In this document: positions 16,401 to 24,892 of the stretch, one piece after another
Layout of the letters: each line of letters begins with the position of its first letter
How positions within the stretch are numbered: position 1 is the stretch's first letter
DNA from: Chlamydiales bacterium
GTDB lineage: Bacteria > Chlamydiota > Chlamydiia > Chlamydiales > SM23-39
DNA length: 32,000 nt
Reading direction: 5' to 3'
NCBI GenBank assembly: GCA_965261025.1
Contig: OZ253438.1
Location: forward strand, 780,001-812,000
The notes under the pieces: model-generated
What the model saw: the letters and a program-made list of their open reading frames with translations, nothing else
What the model was told of the DNA's origin: nothing
Databases searched by the model: none
Made by a program: the position numbers and the translations under genes

Positions 16401-18255
16401 TACAAGCCAAAAATCGCCCTTCTCCTTCTAGGGAAAATGTATCTTCCTCATAATTTAGTAAAAAAGTGCTCTCCCCTTCTGTTTTTAGCTCCCCTTGCCA
16501 AAAAAAATTGAGCTTTTCTAAAGGAAACTTCCTTGCAAAAAGCCATCCCCTTTGTAAAGCGGTAACGACAAGTCCCTCATACAGACATTCCCCTCCCCCT
16601 TTAAAAAAAAGCTCCTCCCTTTCCCAAAACATCTCTGAGGAAAAAAGAAGTTTTTTTTCCAAAATTTTCCCGGAGGCTTTTAAGGCAATATCTTCTTCTA
16701 CAAAAGCAGGAACCTTTTTTTTCCAATTCTCAGGAAGATTTTTTCCCTTCCCTTTTGCCTGTAAAACAAAATCTACGAAAGAAAGAGGCCCTTTTATCTG
16801 CACATTTGTTTCAAACTGATGAAAGAGCCCACTGAGATGGCTAGTGCAAAAAAGGTTTTCCTGCATCTTTACATGCCCTTTTCCCTCCTGAACCCAAGAT
16901 ACCTTTTCCCTCTCATAAAAAATCCCTTCCAAAAGGGAGTCCATCTTGTGGACAAAAAAGTCTTTCCTTTGAGGAAATAACCCCTTCCACGAAGCTTTTG
17001 CTGAAAGCTCCCCCTTTTTTATACAAAAATTTTCTTCCTGTTTTGCCAGAAATACATCTTCTACTTCTGCCTCCTTTATCACCAGTTGGGTATTTTCAGA
17101 ATTTATCAAAAACTGCAAAAATCCCTTAAAATTCCCCCTTTCCCACTTCCAATCCAAAAAAGAGAAAAGATCCTTTGAAGGGGTAAAATAAGAAGATTTA
17201 AGAAAGGGAAAAGAGATAGCAAGCTCCAGCCCTTCCCTGCTACCTTTTCCTTCAAAGAAAATTCTATCTCTTCCGAGTGAGGGAAATGTTATATCTGCTG
17301 TTAGCCAGTTTTCTCCCATCTCAGAAAAAACCGATCTTCCTACTAACTGAACCTCTTCTTTTTTAAAAGCCTCAGCTTGTAGCTCTATCTTACTTCCTAA
17401 CAAAGGATTGTAGGAGAAAGAGAGATTTCCTTTTTGTAGAAGGGGGGTGTTTTTCAGGAAAAACTCTAACCCCAAAACTTCTAAAAAAAGAGGGTTTTTT
17501 CCCCACTTTTGTAAAAAATTATCCTTATAAAAAGCATATTTTCCCTCTCCTAAAGGAAAATTGGCCTGTAGGTCTATTTTTTTGGCAAAAATATGAAAAT
17601 CCTGTTTTTTCAAAGAAAGGTCTTGCAAAACTGTTTTAAGATAAATCAATTTATTTTCCTGAAGATCCCAAGAAAATTCCCCGGTTATTCTTCCTCCTAG
17701 AAATGCTAAATTTTCAAAAGGAAAAAGAAAACCCCACTGGGATAATGGAGCTTGAAAGCAGCATATTTCCAGCTCAGAAAGACCTTTTTTTTTCACAGAA
17801 ATCTCTCCCCGCCTTTTTATCCCTAAGAAAAGCTTTTTTAAAGAAGCGTCATAGGTTACACATCCTGATTCTATAGGCTCCTTCCTCCCTTCTTCTTGAA
17901 AAGAGAAGCTACCTTTGAAAGAGTTCAAAGAAAAAAAAGAACTCCGTTTTTTAGAAGAAAAAGAGGGAAATTCTTGGGGGAAAAAATAGAGGTGAGGATT
18001 TTCTAGGGTTATCTTTTTAGAAAAAGAGATCTGTAAAAAAGGGGCTTGTAAAGAGCTTTTCTTCTCCCGAAAAGCAGCTTTTATTCCAGAAAAAGAGACC
18101 CCATTTAAAGAAAGTTCCACTTTCTCGTAGGTAAAAAGCACTCCTTTGAGCAAGGCCTTTTTCTTCACATAAAACCCTACAATATCCCCTAGAAAAAAAA
18201 GGAAAAGAAAAAAGAAAAAAGAAAAAAAAAGAGCCCATTTTTTTTTTCGTAGCAT
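13477..18255 (-). CDS. giant AsmA-like clan envelope protein (TamB/YhdP-like), N-terminally membrane-anchored
   Basis: 1592 aa with an N-terminal anchor (WALFFSFFFFLFLFFLGDIVGF). The body is long, beta-rich and repetitive. The C-terminal IIKIRGNLQDPKWSLN resembles the xGTLxxP motif ending AsmA/TamB proteins. Family assignment is inferred. Confidence 0.55.
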   Translation of the reverse strand: MLRKKKWALFFSFFFFLFLFFLGDIVGFYVKKKALLKGVLFTYEKVELSLNGVSFSGIKAAFREKKSSLQAPFLQISFSKKITLENPHLYFFPQEFPSFSSKKRSSFFSLNSFKGSFSFQEEGRKEPIESGCVTYDASLKKLFLGIKRRGEISVKKKGLSELEICCFQAPLSQWGFLFPFENLAFLGGRITGEFSWDLQENKLIYLKTVLQDLSLKKQDFHIFAKKIDLQANFPLGEGKYAFYKDNFLQKWGKNPLFLEVLGLEFFLKNTPLLQKGNLSFSYNPLLGSKIELQAEAFKKEEVQLVGRSVFSEMGENWLTADITFPSLGRDRIFFEGKGSREGLELAISFPFLKSSYFTPSKDLFSFLDWKWERGNFKGFLQFLINSENTQLVIKEAEVEDVFLAKQEENFCIKKGELSAKASWKGLFPQRKDFFVHKMDSLLEGIFYEREKVSWVQEGKGHVKMQENLFCTSHLSGLFHQFETNVQIKGPLSFVDFVLQAKGKGKNLPENWKKKVPAFVEEDIALKASGKILEKKLLFSSEMFWEREELFFKGGGECLYEGLVVTALQRGWLFARKFPLEKLNFFWQGELKTEGESTFLLNYEEDTFSLEGEGRFLACKTEDFHFFLPQAKKPFHIFWEKGKREWNIDVSLEEASLFIPEKQLFFEKLRGVAHKRGEEVLFSLEQALCKGVSFEGKGFLQFMEKDLLFELFADKIKASLQQSLEFSSQFMKKRAPFAFTEGKFCGEELYVKGFLRKKEDPIWSFHGEIFEGNTEAFPYVFLEHLSAKIEKKQEGELCVRDLQADLFTVGQKNPLRLYVPFFSKEEKGVFCDARIEKKHYELARTKFFLQKQGEGYTLSLDPVLSHLIGKKMKLEQFLLKEDFSLEVAKGSFFLDLEKLSFFPELSSYWEKKLFGQVEITYELGEKNWILASSEKVGVEEIFEAPLQFLAKKEAADWCIESCKLGRVVAQGRWQVNPLEVNRFFFSVEEPSCFRVEGDFSLQDRAKISGNLQSLWIQTEKFPSYFKNIQGDLQASGCFFIYQNALKHQELKEKAAKETSENNLLPIHKKETLSWQVDLDFSPQKIKWKHLTLFSEKPTYFHYSSSTGALLKGLSLRLFSEDVDLSSLFCKVGALHFDDQWFFEKAEVHLKGNVSSFLEKALQSSQVLSFISPSWLIDETKRDLEWTGDIRLATQGDSFSFDLKELYIPIREEIYTFKDLSFTYEPQNCFLKGRCFREKTSFFFQAKADLFPFLRGEVVFQEKEEEKNPLTIVWSLEEKEFLRIQEMKGNFFGIEASLFEKSFDKKKGTLLGTLYFDFFRFLPLLPSPFRSFLEKAQLGEGYELKGLFSYDNIPRFEGIVTARDFEIGGFRFKTLLSKIEWDPLVLQLKDLKMSDSCGMLKLESLCIEKTAKGRKVYIPKIQVKEFRPSLMKKPGKEPQALQPFLIRSALLEQVQGYLEDMSSFTAKGSLFFINSFKREHTLLDIPSDVLGRIFGLDLELLIPVRGDVELQLKEGRFLLTALNEAYSENNRSKFFLVEKDTPAYIDLQGNLHINVKMKQYVLFKFTENFIIKIRGNLQDPKWSLNRKKSFFSDM

Positions 18256-18283
18256 CTCTGTATTCCTTTCTCTATCTATGACT

Positions 18284-18646
18284 TTAGCAGCTTAACATAC
18301 TCTCATACTCTGAGGGATCTAAAAGAGAGTCATACTCTTTTTTAGAAAAAGGCTCTAACTTAACAAGCCACCCCTTTTCTTGAGCCGATTGATTGATAAG
18401 GGAGGGATTTTTTATAAGCTCTTCGTTAATTGCAACGACTTTCCCACTTAAAGGAGTGCAAATATCTGTAGCTGCTTTTGTAGACTCTAACACACACATC
18501 TCCTCTCCTTTTTTCAAAAAGGTTCCTATTTTGGGTAACTCTATGTATACGATCTCCCCTATTTCCTCTTGAGCATATTCTGTAATTCCAATAACAGCTT
18601 CCTCTTTTTCTAGCAAAGCCCATTCATGGGTCTGTGAAAATCTCAT
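18284..18646 (-). CDS. gcvH: glycine cleavage system H protein (lipoyl carrier)
   Basis: Motifs THEW, GITEYAQEEIGEIVYIELP and the lipoyl-lysine motif ESTKAA. I prefer the ATG at 18646 (AAGGAG 7 nt upstream) over the track's 18712. This also removes the overlap with the upstream ORF. Confidence 0.9.
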   Translation of the reverse strand: MRFSQTHEWALLEKEEAVIGITEYAQEEIGEIVYIELPKIGTFLKKGEEMCVLESTKAATDICTPLSGKVVAINEELIKNPSLINQSAQEKGWLVKLEPFSKKEYDSLLDPSEYESMLSC

Positions 18647-18681
18647 AACAAACTCCTTATTGCAATACAAAAATACAAAAC

Positions 18682-19317
18682 TTAAGCATTTTCCAAAACG
18701 AAACTTGCCCACAAATGGGGATTTTTTTCAGGAAAGAAATTTTCAGAAGAAGTGGCAAAACTCTGAGGAAGGCCTCCTCTGCGATTTACCTGATAGGTAA
18801 AACCAAATCTTTGAAATTGTGTAGGATCGAAACCATGAAGCGCATAAGAGGGGATCTTTATATCCATAAGATAGAACTTCTTTTGTATGTCCACCTCAAC
18901 CGCAATTTCTTTAGGATCTACTAGAGGATGAAATTCTTCTCCCCGAAAAGAAGAGAGCTCTTTTACTAGAAAACCCTCTACTTTCTCTGGAAAAAAGACA
19001 AAATGATGGCAAAAAGAGTGGAAGTAGCTTTTATTTTTAAGATCTCTTGTATCAAAAAAAAGCTCTACTGAATCCCCTCTTCTAAAGTCAGGATATACTA
19101 CCTCTGGCAAAATATGCTCTACCCTAATTTGAAGATATATCCCCTCTTCATTCCACCCCATGTGAATCTTAGAAAAGGCTTTTTCATCATGAAAAAACGC
19201 AGGAGAAAAAAGAAGGTATTTCTTTTTCCCTAATTCCGCTTCTGGGGAAAGTTTTTTCAAAGGAAGAGAAAAAGAAAACCAAGCTAAAGGAGATAAAGGG
19301 GGAACTTCTTCAAACAT
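18682..19317 (-). CDS. hypothetical protein with a CBM9-like (carbohydrate-binding family 9-like) fold signature
   Basis: 211 aa. The order GWNEEGIYLQIRV, GDSVELFFDTRD, YLMDIKIP and FGFTYQVNR matches the CBM9-like family layout as I remember it. No signal peptide is seen. Confidence 0.45.
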   Translation of the reverse strand: MFEEVPPLSPLAWFSFSLPLKKLSPEAELGKKKYLLFSPAFFHDEKAFSKIHMGWNEEGIYLQIRVEHILPEVVYPDFRRGDSVELFFDTRDLKNKSYFHSFCHHFVFFPEKVEGFLVKELSSFRGEEFHPLVDPKEIAVEVDIQKKFYLMDIKIPSYALHGFDPTQFQRFGFTYQVNRRGGLPQSFATSSENFFPEKNPHLWASFVLENA

Positions 19318-19321
19318 GCCT

Positions 19322-21343
19322 TCAAATATCTTCCAAAAACTTCTTTATACGTTGATATTGGCCCTTTCTTCTTAAGGAGAGCTTCTCCTTTTTTTCCAAA
19401 CAGTCCTCCTCCTTCTTCTGTAATACCTGAAAAAAGGAAAAGTCTTCCCCTACTTTGAAAGAAGAGTAAGCTTTTTCTCCTGTATCAAGTGCCTCTTGAA
19501 AAAGGGGAGAGTCCGCTTCAATCCATAAGTCTTTTTCCTCCAAAACAAAAGGTCTTCTTACAGATTTGCCTGAAGTTATATCCCGATAAAACGTTTCTGT
19601 AACCTGATATAAGCAGGCCTTTTGAGAAAGCTTTAAACGACCCAAAAGCTCTTTTACCTCTTCAAAGGGTTTTTTCTTTCCTCCTTCTTTAAATAGGGAA
19701 GGATTTTTTTCTTCTAGGTCCTTATATTGCGTAAAAAGCTGCTCTTCTATTTTGTTTTGTAAAAGACCTTTTTTCCATACCTCTTCCAGAGAAAATAGAG
19801 AAAAAGCTCCCTTTTTCTCTAAAAGTTCGACAGCCAAAACCCTTTCCCCTTCCTGATAGAGAAACTCCTCCCCCTCTTGCGCCCCTTCTAATAGGGAAAG
19901 AAAAGACAAGGGATTTTCTACTTTTTCAAAGAAGAGCTCTTTTGTTCCACTTACTAAAATCTCTTCTTGTTTCTTTTTTTTCTTTTTCAAAAATTCGGAA
20001 GCCCATTCTTTTTTTTCTAAAACCATCTCTCTTCTTATAAAAGCCTCTATTTCTTTCCTTTTTTCCTTAGAAAGGGTTTCTAAAGAGCTTGCTATTTTCC
20101 CTTCCACTAAAAGCAGAGGGAATTTTTCCCGTATCTTTATCCCATTTTCCCCTATAGAAAGCCACTCTAACATTTTTTTCGTAGCCACTTTCAACGAAGC
20201 TTCCTCTACAGTTACTTCAGCCCATCTTACTCGATATGCTTGATAGACTAGCTCTGGCATTTCTTTCTTTACTTCGTCTGCAGGAAGAAAAGAAAGGTCT
20301 GTGCTTTTGGAAAAGTCTTTCCCTACTTTTTCAAGATAAAGCTGAGAGGCTAATGTATCGAAGGTATTTTTTCCTTTTATCTCAGGTTTTAGGGAAAAAA
20401 GATGGATCTTTACAGACTTTATGGGTCTTTTCCTTTCAGATGCCTTATACTCTTTTTCAGAATTAGCACCTACTTTATCAAGCCACTTTTGGAAAAGAAG
20501 CACTTTCTCCCAAACCCTAAAAAAGGCTTTCTCAGAAAGGGAAAGAAGCTGCAACTGCTTTTGAAAAATAAGCTCTACTTTTTCGGAAGGAAACTTTTTC
20601 CGTAAAGAGGAAAAAACCCGTTGCCTTCCTTCCTGTTTTGATAAGAAAATGCCCTCTTTTTCTGCATAAAAAGCCCCTTCTAAAATAAGCTCTGCTATCT
20701 CTTCTATAAACCCTTGCGAAAACCAGTCCTTCATGCCGCAGAAGCCGAATAGGGAAAACTCTTTTTCAAAAAAGGCAGGATCTTGGTACAAAGAGAGGTC
20801 TTGTTGCAAGAGCTGCCAAATCTTTTCTTTGGTTTTTATAGCAGGATACCTCTTTTCCTCTAGAAAAAGACGAAAATAGTTTTCGGGAGAAAAGGTTTCT
20901 TTCAGTTTATGAAAAGCCTCCCACAAAGAAGGCGCCTGTTTTTTCCATATCTCTTCTACGCTTAAAAAACCCGCCTTTGGATGCTTGTATAGAGAAAACC
21001 CTTTGATTCTCTGCTTTTTATTCTCCCAAAACTCCTCATTAAAGCCTTTGCTTTTTTCAAATAATAAAGAAGCTATTTCCGTTTGTAAAAGATAGTCATC
21101 AAAAAAGGCATCCTGAATAAAATTGGGAGGGTTTGAAAAAGGATCTGTGGACAAAAGATACGATAAGATCTTTAGCTCTTCCTCTTTGATTTTAACCCCT
21201 TTTTTCCCTACAAGAACCCTTTCTTTCTTTGAGCTGCCTTCCAAAAGGGCAGAAGAGACTCCAAAAAAAGAAAAAGAAAGAATAACTACCACAGCCACTA
21301 CAGCGAAAAGACCCTTCTGATATTTTCTGAAAAACCCTAACAT
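19322..21343 (-). CDS. PpiD/SurA-N-like membrane-anchored periplasmic chaperone
   Basis: 673 aa. The N-terminus MLGFFRKYQKGLFAVVAVVVILSFSFFG mirrors the PpiD anchor. The rest is a long helical K/E-rich body. I could not confirm a parvulin domain by eye. Confidence 0.45.
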   Translation of the reverse strand: MLGFFRKYQKGLFAVVAVVVILSFSFFGVSSALLEGSSKKERVLVGKKGVKIKEEELKILSYLLSTDPFSNPPNFIQDAFFDDYLLQTEIASLLFEKSKGFNEEFWENKKQRIKGFSLYKHPKAGFLSVEEIWKKQAPSLWEAFHKLKETFSPENYFRLFLEEKRYPAIKTKEKIWQLLQQDLSLYQDPAFFEKEFSLFGFCGMKDWFSQGFIEEIAELILEGAFYAEKEGIFLSKQEGRQRVFSSLRKKFPSEKVELIFQKQLQLLSLSEKAFFRVWEKVLLFQKWLDKVGANSEKEYKASERKRPIKSVKIHLFSLKPEIKGKNTFDTLASQLYLEKVGKDFSKSTDLSFLPADEVKKEMPELVYQAYRVRWAEVTVEEASLKVATKKMLEWLSIGENGIKIREKFPLLLVEGKIASSLETLSKEKRKEIEAFIRREMVLEKKEWASEFLKKKKKKQEEILVSGTKELFFEKVENPLSFLSLLEGAQEGEEFLYQEGERVLAVELLEKKGAFSLFSLEEVWKKGLLQNKIEEQLFTQYKDLEEKNPSLFKEGGKKKPFEEVKELLGRLKLSQKACLYQVTETFYRDITSGKSVRRPFVLEEKDLWIEADSPLFQEALDTGEKAYSSFKVGEDFSFFQVLQKKEEDCLEKKEKLSLRRKGQYQRIKKFLEDI

Positions 21344-21355
21344 CTTCTTCTCCCT

Positions 21356-22843
21356 TTAGTAAGCTCGTCCAAAAACGGCTTTTTTTCCTTTTTTTTTGGT
21401 AAATATACAAGACCCTTCTTCCTCTTCCAAAAAAAAGCAACGAAGGGTAACTCCCAAATCTTTTTGAATCTTCTCTTCAAGACCACTTTCTTCTTCAAAA
21501 AAACAAGAAGCAAATCCCTTTTCCTCTTCTTCAAAGAACGCATAAAACTCTTTTTCTGAAGAGATTTGATGAAGGTTTTTTTTCTGAAAAGAGTCTAGAT
21601 TGCTTCTTATTTTATCGTCCATTTCTGAGAGAAACTGAGACAGCTTTTTCTCAAACTCTTGCAAAGAATAAAAATGCCTTTGAGTTAAGTCCCCTAATCG
21701 AAATAAAACAGAAACTCTTCCCTCTTCTACTTCTCTAGCTCCTATCTCTACACGAATAGGTACCCCCTTTTTTACCCAAGACCAGTTTTTCTCTCCTCCT
21801 CTGATATCTCTTTCATCTACCAAAATCCGAAGAGGCTCTTTCCCATAAAAAAGCTCCTCCCACTTCTTTTGTAAACTCGCACAAAAGGTGAGTATCTCCT
21901 CCCTATTCTCCTCTTTGAAAATGGGTAAAATAACGATCTGATACGGAGCAATTCTACAAGGCAAAACCAGTCCATCATCATCAGAGTGACTCATGATCAA
22001 AGCCCCTATCATCCGAGTTGTAACTCCCCAAGAAGTAGTCCAGCTATATTTTCTTTCCCCTTTTTCATCTTGAAACTGAATTCCACAAGACTTAGAAAAA
22101 TTTTGCCCTAAAAAATGGGAAGTCCCCCCTTGCAAGGCTTTTTTATCTTGCATCATCATCTCCAAGGTATAGCTCTTTTCGGCACCTGGAAAGGTTTCTC
22201 TTTTGCTCTTTACTCCTAAAATAGGTTGCAGCGCTAAAAGATCCTGAAAAAACTCCCCATACATATGAAGTATAGTAAAAGCCTGCTCTAAAGCCTCGCC
22301 CTTTTCCATATGAACAGTATGTCCTTCTTGCCACAAAATCTCACAAGTTCTTAAAAAAAGACGCGTTCTCATTTCCCAACGAACAATATTGGCCCACTGG
22401 TTTATTTTTAAGGGAAGATCTCGATAGGATTGCACCCACCTAGAAAAAGCCTCTCCTATAATCATCTCAGAAGTGGGCCTTACAATATAAGGCTCTTCTA
22501 ACTCCCCTTTGGGAACAAGCTTTCCTTGTTCATTTACTTCTAGTCTATGATGGGTAACTACCGCACATTCTTTGGCAAACCCCTCTACGTGTTTTGCCTC
22601 TTTTTCCAAAAAACTCAAAGGAATAAACAAGGGAAAATAGGCATTTTGGACCCCTTTTTTTTTAATTCTCTGGTCCAGCTCTTTTTGGATTTTCTCCCAC
22701 AAGGCATATCCGTAAGGCTTCAAGATCATACAGCCTCTTGCAGGAGAGTGCTCTGCTAAATCAGCAGCCTCAATCACCTCCTGATACCACCTAGCATAGT
22801 CCTGGGATCTTGTGACAGATAGAGCCTTTTTCCTTTCTTTCAT
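21356..22843 (-). CDS. proS: proline--tRNA ligase (archaeal/eukaryote-like class IIa type)
   Basis: Motifs ARWYQEVIEAADL, SPARGCMILKPYGYALWE, class II motifs, and the terminal ...FGRAY. ATG 22843 (AAGGG 7 nt upstream) is preferred over TTG 22861. Confidence 0.92.
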   Translation of the reverse strand: MKERKKALSVTRSQDYARWYQEVIEAADLAEHSPARGCMILKPYGYALWEKIQKELDQRIKKKGVQNAYFPLFIPLSFLEKEAKHVEGFAKECAVVTHHRLEVNEQGKLVPKGELEEPYIVRPTSEMIIGEAFSRWVQSYRDLPLKINQWANIVRWEMRTRLFLRTCEILWQEGHTVHMEKGEALEQAFTILHMYGEFFQDLLALQPILGVKSKRETFPGAEKSYTLEMMMQDKKALQGGTSHFLGQNFSKSCGIQFQDEKGERKYSWTTSWGVTTRMIGALIMSHSDDDGLVLPCRIAPYQIVILPIFKEENREEILTFCASLQKKWEELFYGKEPLRILVDERDIRGGEKNWSWVKKGVPIRVEIGAREVEEGRVSVLFRLGDLTQRHFYSLQEFEKKLSQFLSEMDDKIRSNLDSFQKKNLHQISSEKEFYAFFEEEEKGFASCFFEEESGLEEKIQKDLGVTLRCFFLEEEEGSCIFTKKKGKKAVFGRAY

Positions 22844-22904
22844 AAAAAACCCTTTATTCAAGGGGTCAATATAGCAAAAAAGTCTCTATATCGAAAGATT
22901 TATT

Positions 22905-24008
22905 CTAGGGAAGATCGCTTTCATTCCCCGAGAGAAAAGCTGTTACTATGTTGTTTTCATCCTCCGAAAGAGCTATCTTTTTTTCTTCCTGTACTACTGT
23001 AAAAAGAAACGTTTTTTTCTCTGGATTTTGCAAAATACCTAAGAAACTCTCCTCAAAATTCGGTGAAAAAGAACCCTGCATGCTAGTACAGAGATTAGAA
23101 AAGTTCCTTAAAAAAATCCTTCTCTCATATCCTGGAACCTGCCTTAAAAAGAGTTTTGTATACTGCGTTATCAAATCCCTTGCCGATTTTTCAGGCAAAA
23201 CATTCTCGTTTTCCCTTGGATTTTTATCCTTTTTCCAAAGTGCCAAACCAAAAGAAGAGGTTAAGTAGATATCTTTATCTGGAAAATCCGATAGAAGAAG
23301 CGATGCATCTCCTTCAAAACTATCACAGCAGAGATAGAAAATATCCAATTTTGCTAAAACCGATTCAAAATCTTCAGGCAACTTCTCTATAGGGCTTTGT
23401 AACAAATAAAGTTTCTTTAAATTCCCGAGACAACTAAGATCCGGTATTAAACTTAAGCTACCATTTGTATCTTCTACCCGTAGTTTCTCTACTGCTGCAA
23501 GAGCTGTTCCAAGACTCTTCTTATTGGTATCTTCCAGACCTGTATTAAGACATTGTAAAATAGCTCCTTCAATGGTAACCTCCTTAGCAGAAAGATTCGA
23601 AAATAAATTCCTCCATAATTCGCAAAAGCCTTTTTCCAAAATACGAAACTCGTCCCCAATTTCCCACTCAGACTCTTGCAGGGAGTTAATTTCGTTTTTT
23701 ACTCTTTCTTTTTCCCGAAAAGTGTTGAAAGAACCAAATAAAAAAGCGAAAAAGACAAAAGCAACCAGTTTTACAAGAAAAGTGGTAGCAAAAAGGGTTC
23801 CATAGGCAGCAGATACCGCTGCCCCTACAAAGGGAAAGGCGCAAAACAACACTCTCTTTGCAAAGTCTCGATAGCAAAAATTGTCATTCCCATCTAAAAA
23901 AGATTCCCGGGCTAGACTATCCATTGCTGAATGGATGGGTTTGGTAAAACCTTCTTCTAAAAAACTATTTACACCTTCATAGGCTTTATGAATAACAGGA
24001 TAAACCAA
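22905..24008 (-). CDS. Inc-like membrane protein: bilobed hydrophobic domain plus a weak leucine-rich-repeat-like segment
   Basis: A TTG start at 24008 lies 6 nt after a perfect AAGGAGG. Aa 53-94 (VLFCAFPFVGAAVSAAYGTLFATTFLVKLVAFVFFAFLFGSF) form two adjacent TM segments. LSCLGNLKKLYLLQSPIEKLPEDF is LRR-like. The CDS itself is well supported. The function is inferred. Confidence 0.6.
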   Translation of the reverse strand: MVYPVIHKAYEGVNSFLEEGFTKPIHSAMDSLARESFLDGNDNFCYRDFAKRVLFCAFPFVGAAVSAAYGTLFATTFLVKLVAFVFFAFLFGSFNTFREKERVKNEINSLQESEWEIGDEFRILEKGFCELWRNLFSNLSAKEVTIEGAILQCLNTGLEDTNKKSLGTALAAVEKLRVEDTNGSLSLIPDLSCLGNLKKLYLLQSPIEKLPEDFESVLAKLDIFYLCCDSFEGDASLLLSDFPDKDIYLTSSFGLALWKKDKNPRENENVLPEKSARDLITQYTKLFLRQVPGYERRIFLRNFSNLCTSMQGSFSPNFEESFLGILQNPEKKTFLFTVVQEEKKIALSEDENNIVTAFLSGNESDLP

Positions 24009-24074
24009 AATTTTGCCTCCTTAGAACTAACTAGAAAGGCATTTTCGCAAAAAGGAAGAAAAAAATAAAATGTT

Positions 24075-24779
24075 TTAGTTATTTAGCCGCCTTTGAAAAT
24101 GATTCATTAAAATGTTTTTTATATGATCTTTTAGCTCTCTCTTCGACTCCTGCAAAAAATAATAAGAGTAATCTTCTAAAGAAGAAAGAACCTCAGGATC
24201 CGGAACCCACTTTTGTAACTTCTCTAAGTCAGGCTTGAAAAGAGAAAGAGAGCCCTGATGCAAGAAACCAAAGCGAGTCTTTCTTTGTGCTGCGCCCGCG
24301 ATCTTTTTGCCCTTATGGATAAGATCATACTTTGTTGGCTTGGCCATGCAGAAAGAATTAGAGGAAGGACTCCTTCCGGGAAAATCGTTTTGAATTAATT
24401 CCGCCCCTTTAAAAAAAGGAAAAGAGCTCCGCAGAGCCTCAAATAGCTCCCCATGAACAAAAGCATAATTTTGTAACGTGTTCTGAGAAAAAAAGGGAGA
24501 GCTTGCAGGGATTAAAAGCGAAAAAGCAAAGTCCCAGATATGAAAAATTACTCCCCCACCCGTAGGTCTTCTTGCTAAATCTACTCCATCCAATTTCAAC
24601 TTCTCTACGTACAAAAATTTTTGAGGATCGGTAAAATACCCATAGGTCACAGAAGGATTTTTCCAGTTATAGAAATGTAAAATTGCCTTTTGACTCTTCT
24701 CCAAGTTTCGTAAGAAAAACAAATCCCGCTCCATGTTTTTTTCTGCACTAGAGCTGTTAGCATCAACTATTTCGAGCAT
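24075..24779 (-). CDS. lplA: lipoate-protein ligase family protein (catalytic BPL/LplA/LipB domain only)
   Basis: Motifs LARRPTGGGVIFH and the catalytic-lysine region KGKKIAGAAQRK. At 234 aa it lacks the LplA C-terminal accessory domain. Confidence 0.8.
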   Translation of the reverse strand: MLEIVDANSSSAEKNMERDLFFLRNLEKSQKAILHFYNWKNPSVTYGYFTDPQKFLYVEKLKLDGVDLARRPTGGGVIFHIWDFAFSLLIPASSPFFSQNTLQNYAFVHGELFEALRSSFPFFKGAELIQNDFPGRSPSSNSFCMAKPTKYDLIHKGKKIAGAAQRKTRFGFLHQGSLSLFKPDLEKLQKWVPDPEVLSSLEDYSYYFLQESKRELKDHIKNILMNHFQRRLNN

Positions 24780-24863
24780 ACCAGTAAAAAAATGATTTCC
24801 TTTTTAACCCAAAAGCTTTACTTAGAAAAGATAAAGAGAGCCGAGTAAAAAAAAAAGGGTCCA

Positions 24864-24892
24864 TTGAAAAAATAAGAAAAATCCCCTAAAAT
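24864..24892 (+). promoter_or_regulatory. candidate sigma70/66-type promoter of clpC (TTGAAA, 17-nt spacer, TAAAAT)
   Basis: The -35 is TTGAAA at 24864..24869 and the -10 is TAAAAT at 24887..24892, with an exact 17-nt spacer. It lies about 30 nt upstream of the clpC ATG. GGGAGAG RBS at 24911..24917. Confidence 0.5.

Noticed and set aside
18238-18247. A 10-nt homopolymer (A10 on the coding strand) at codons 3-6 (KKK) of the 1592-aa gene, considered as a slipped-strand phase-variation switch.
   Set aside because: Long A/T runs encoding poly-Lys or poly-Phe are frequent throughout this window, for example 4094..4102 and 9016..9024. No in-frame alternative start restores the ORF after a slip. 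There is no evidence beyond the tract itself. Read-level length heterogeneity could test it.
18647-18712. N-terminal extensions in the ORF track: gcvH to 18712, mraZ to 7793, proS to 22861 (TTG), HTH-EIIA to 28373 (TTG).
   Set aside because: In each case an internal ATG or GTG has a better-spaced Shine-Dalgarno-like element and yields the canonical family N-terminus. For gcvH the long form would also overlap the upstream ORF by 31 nt.
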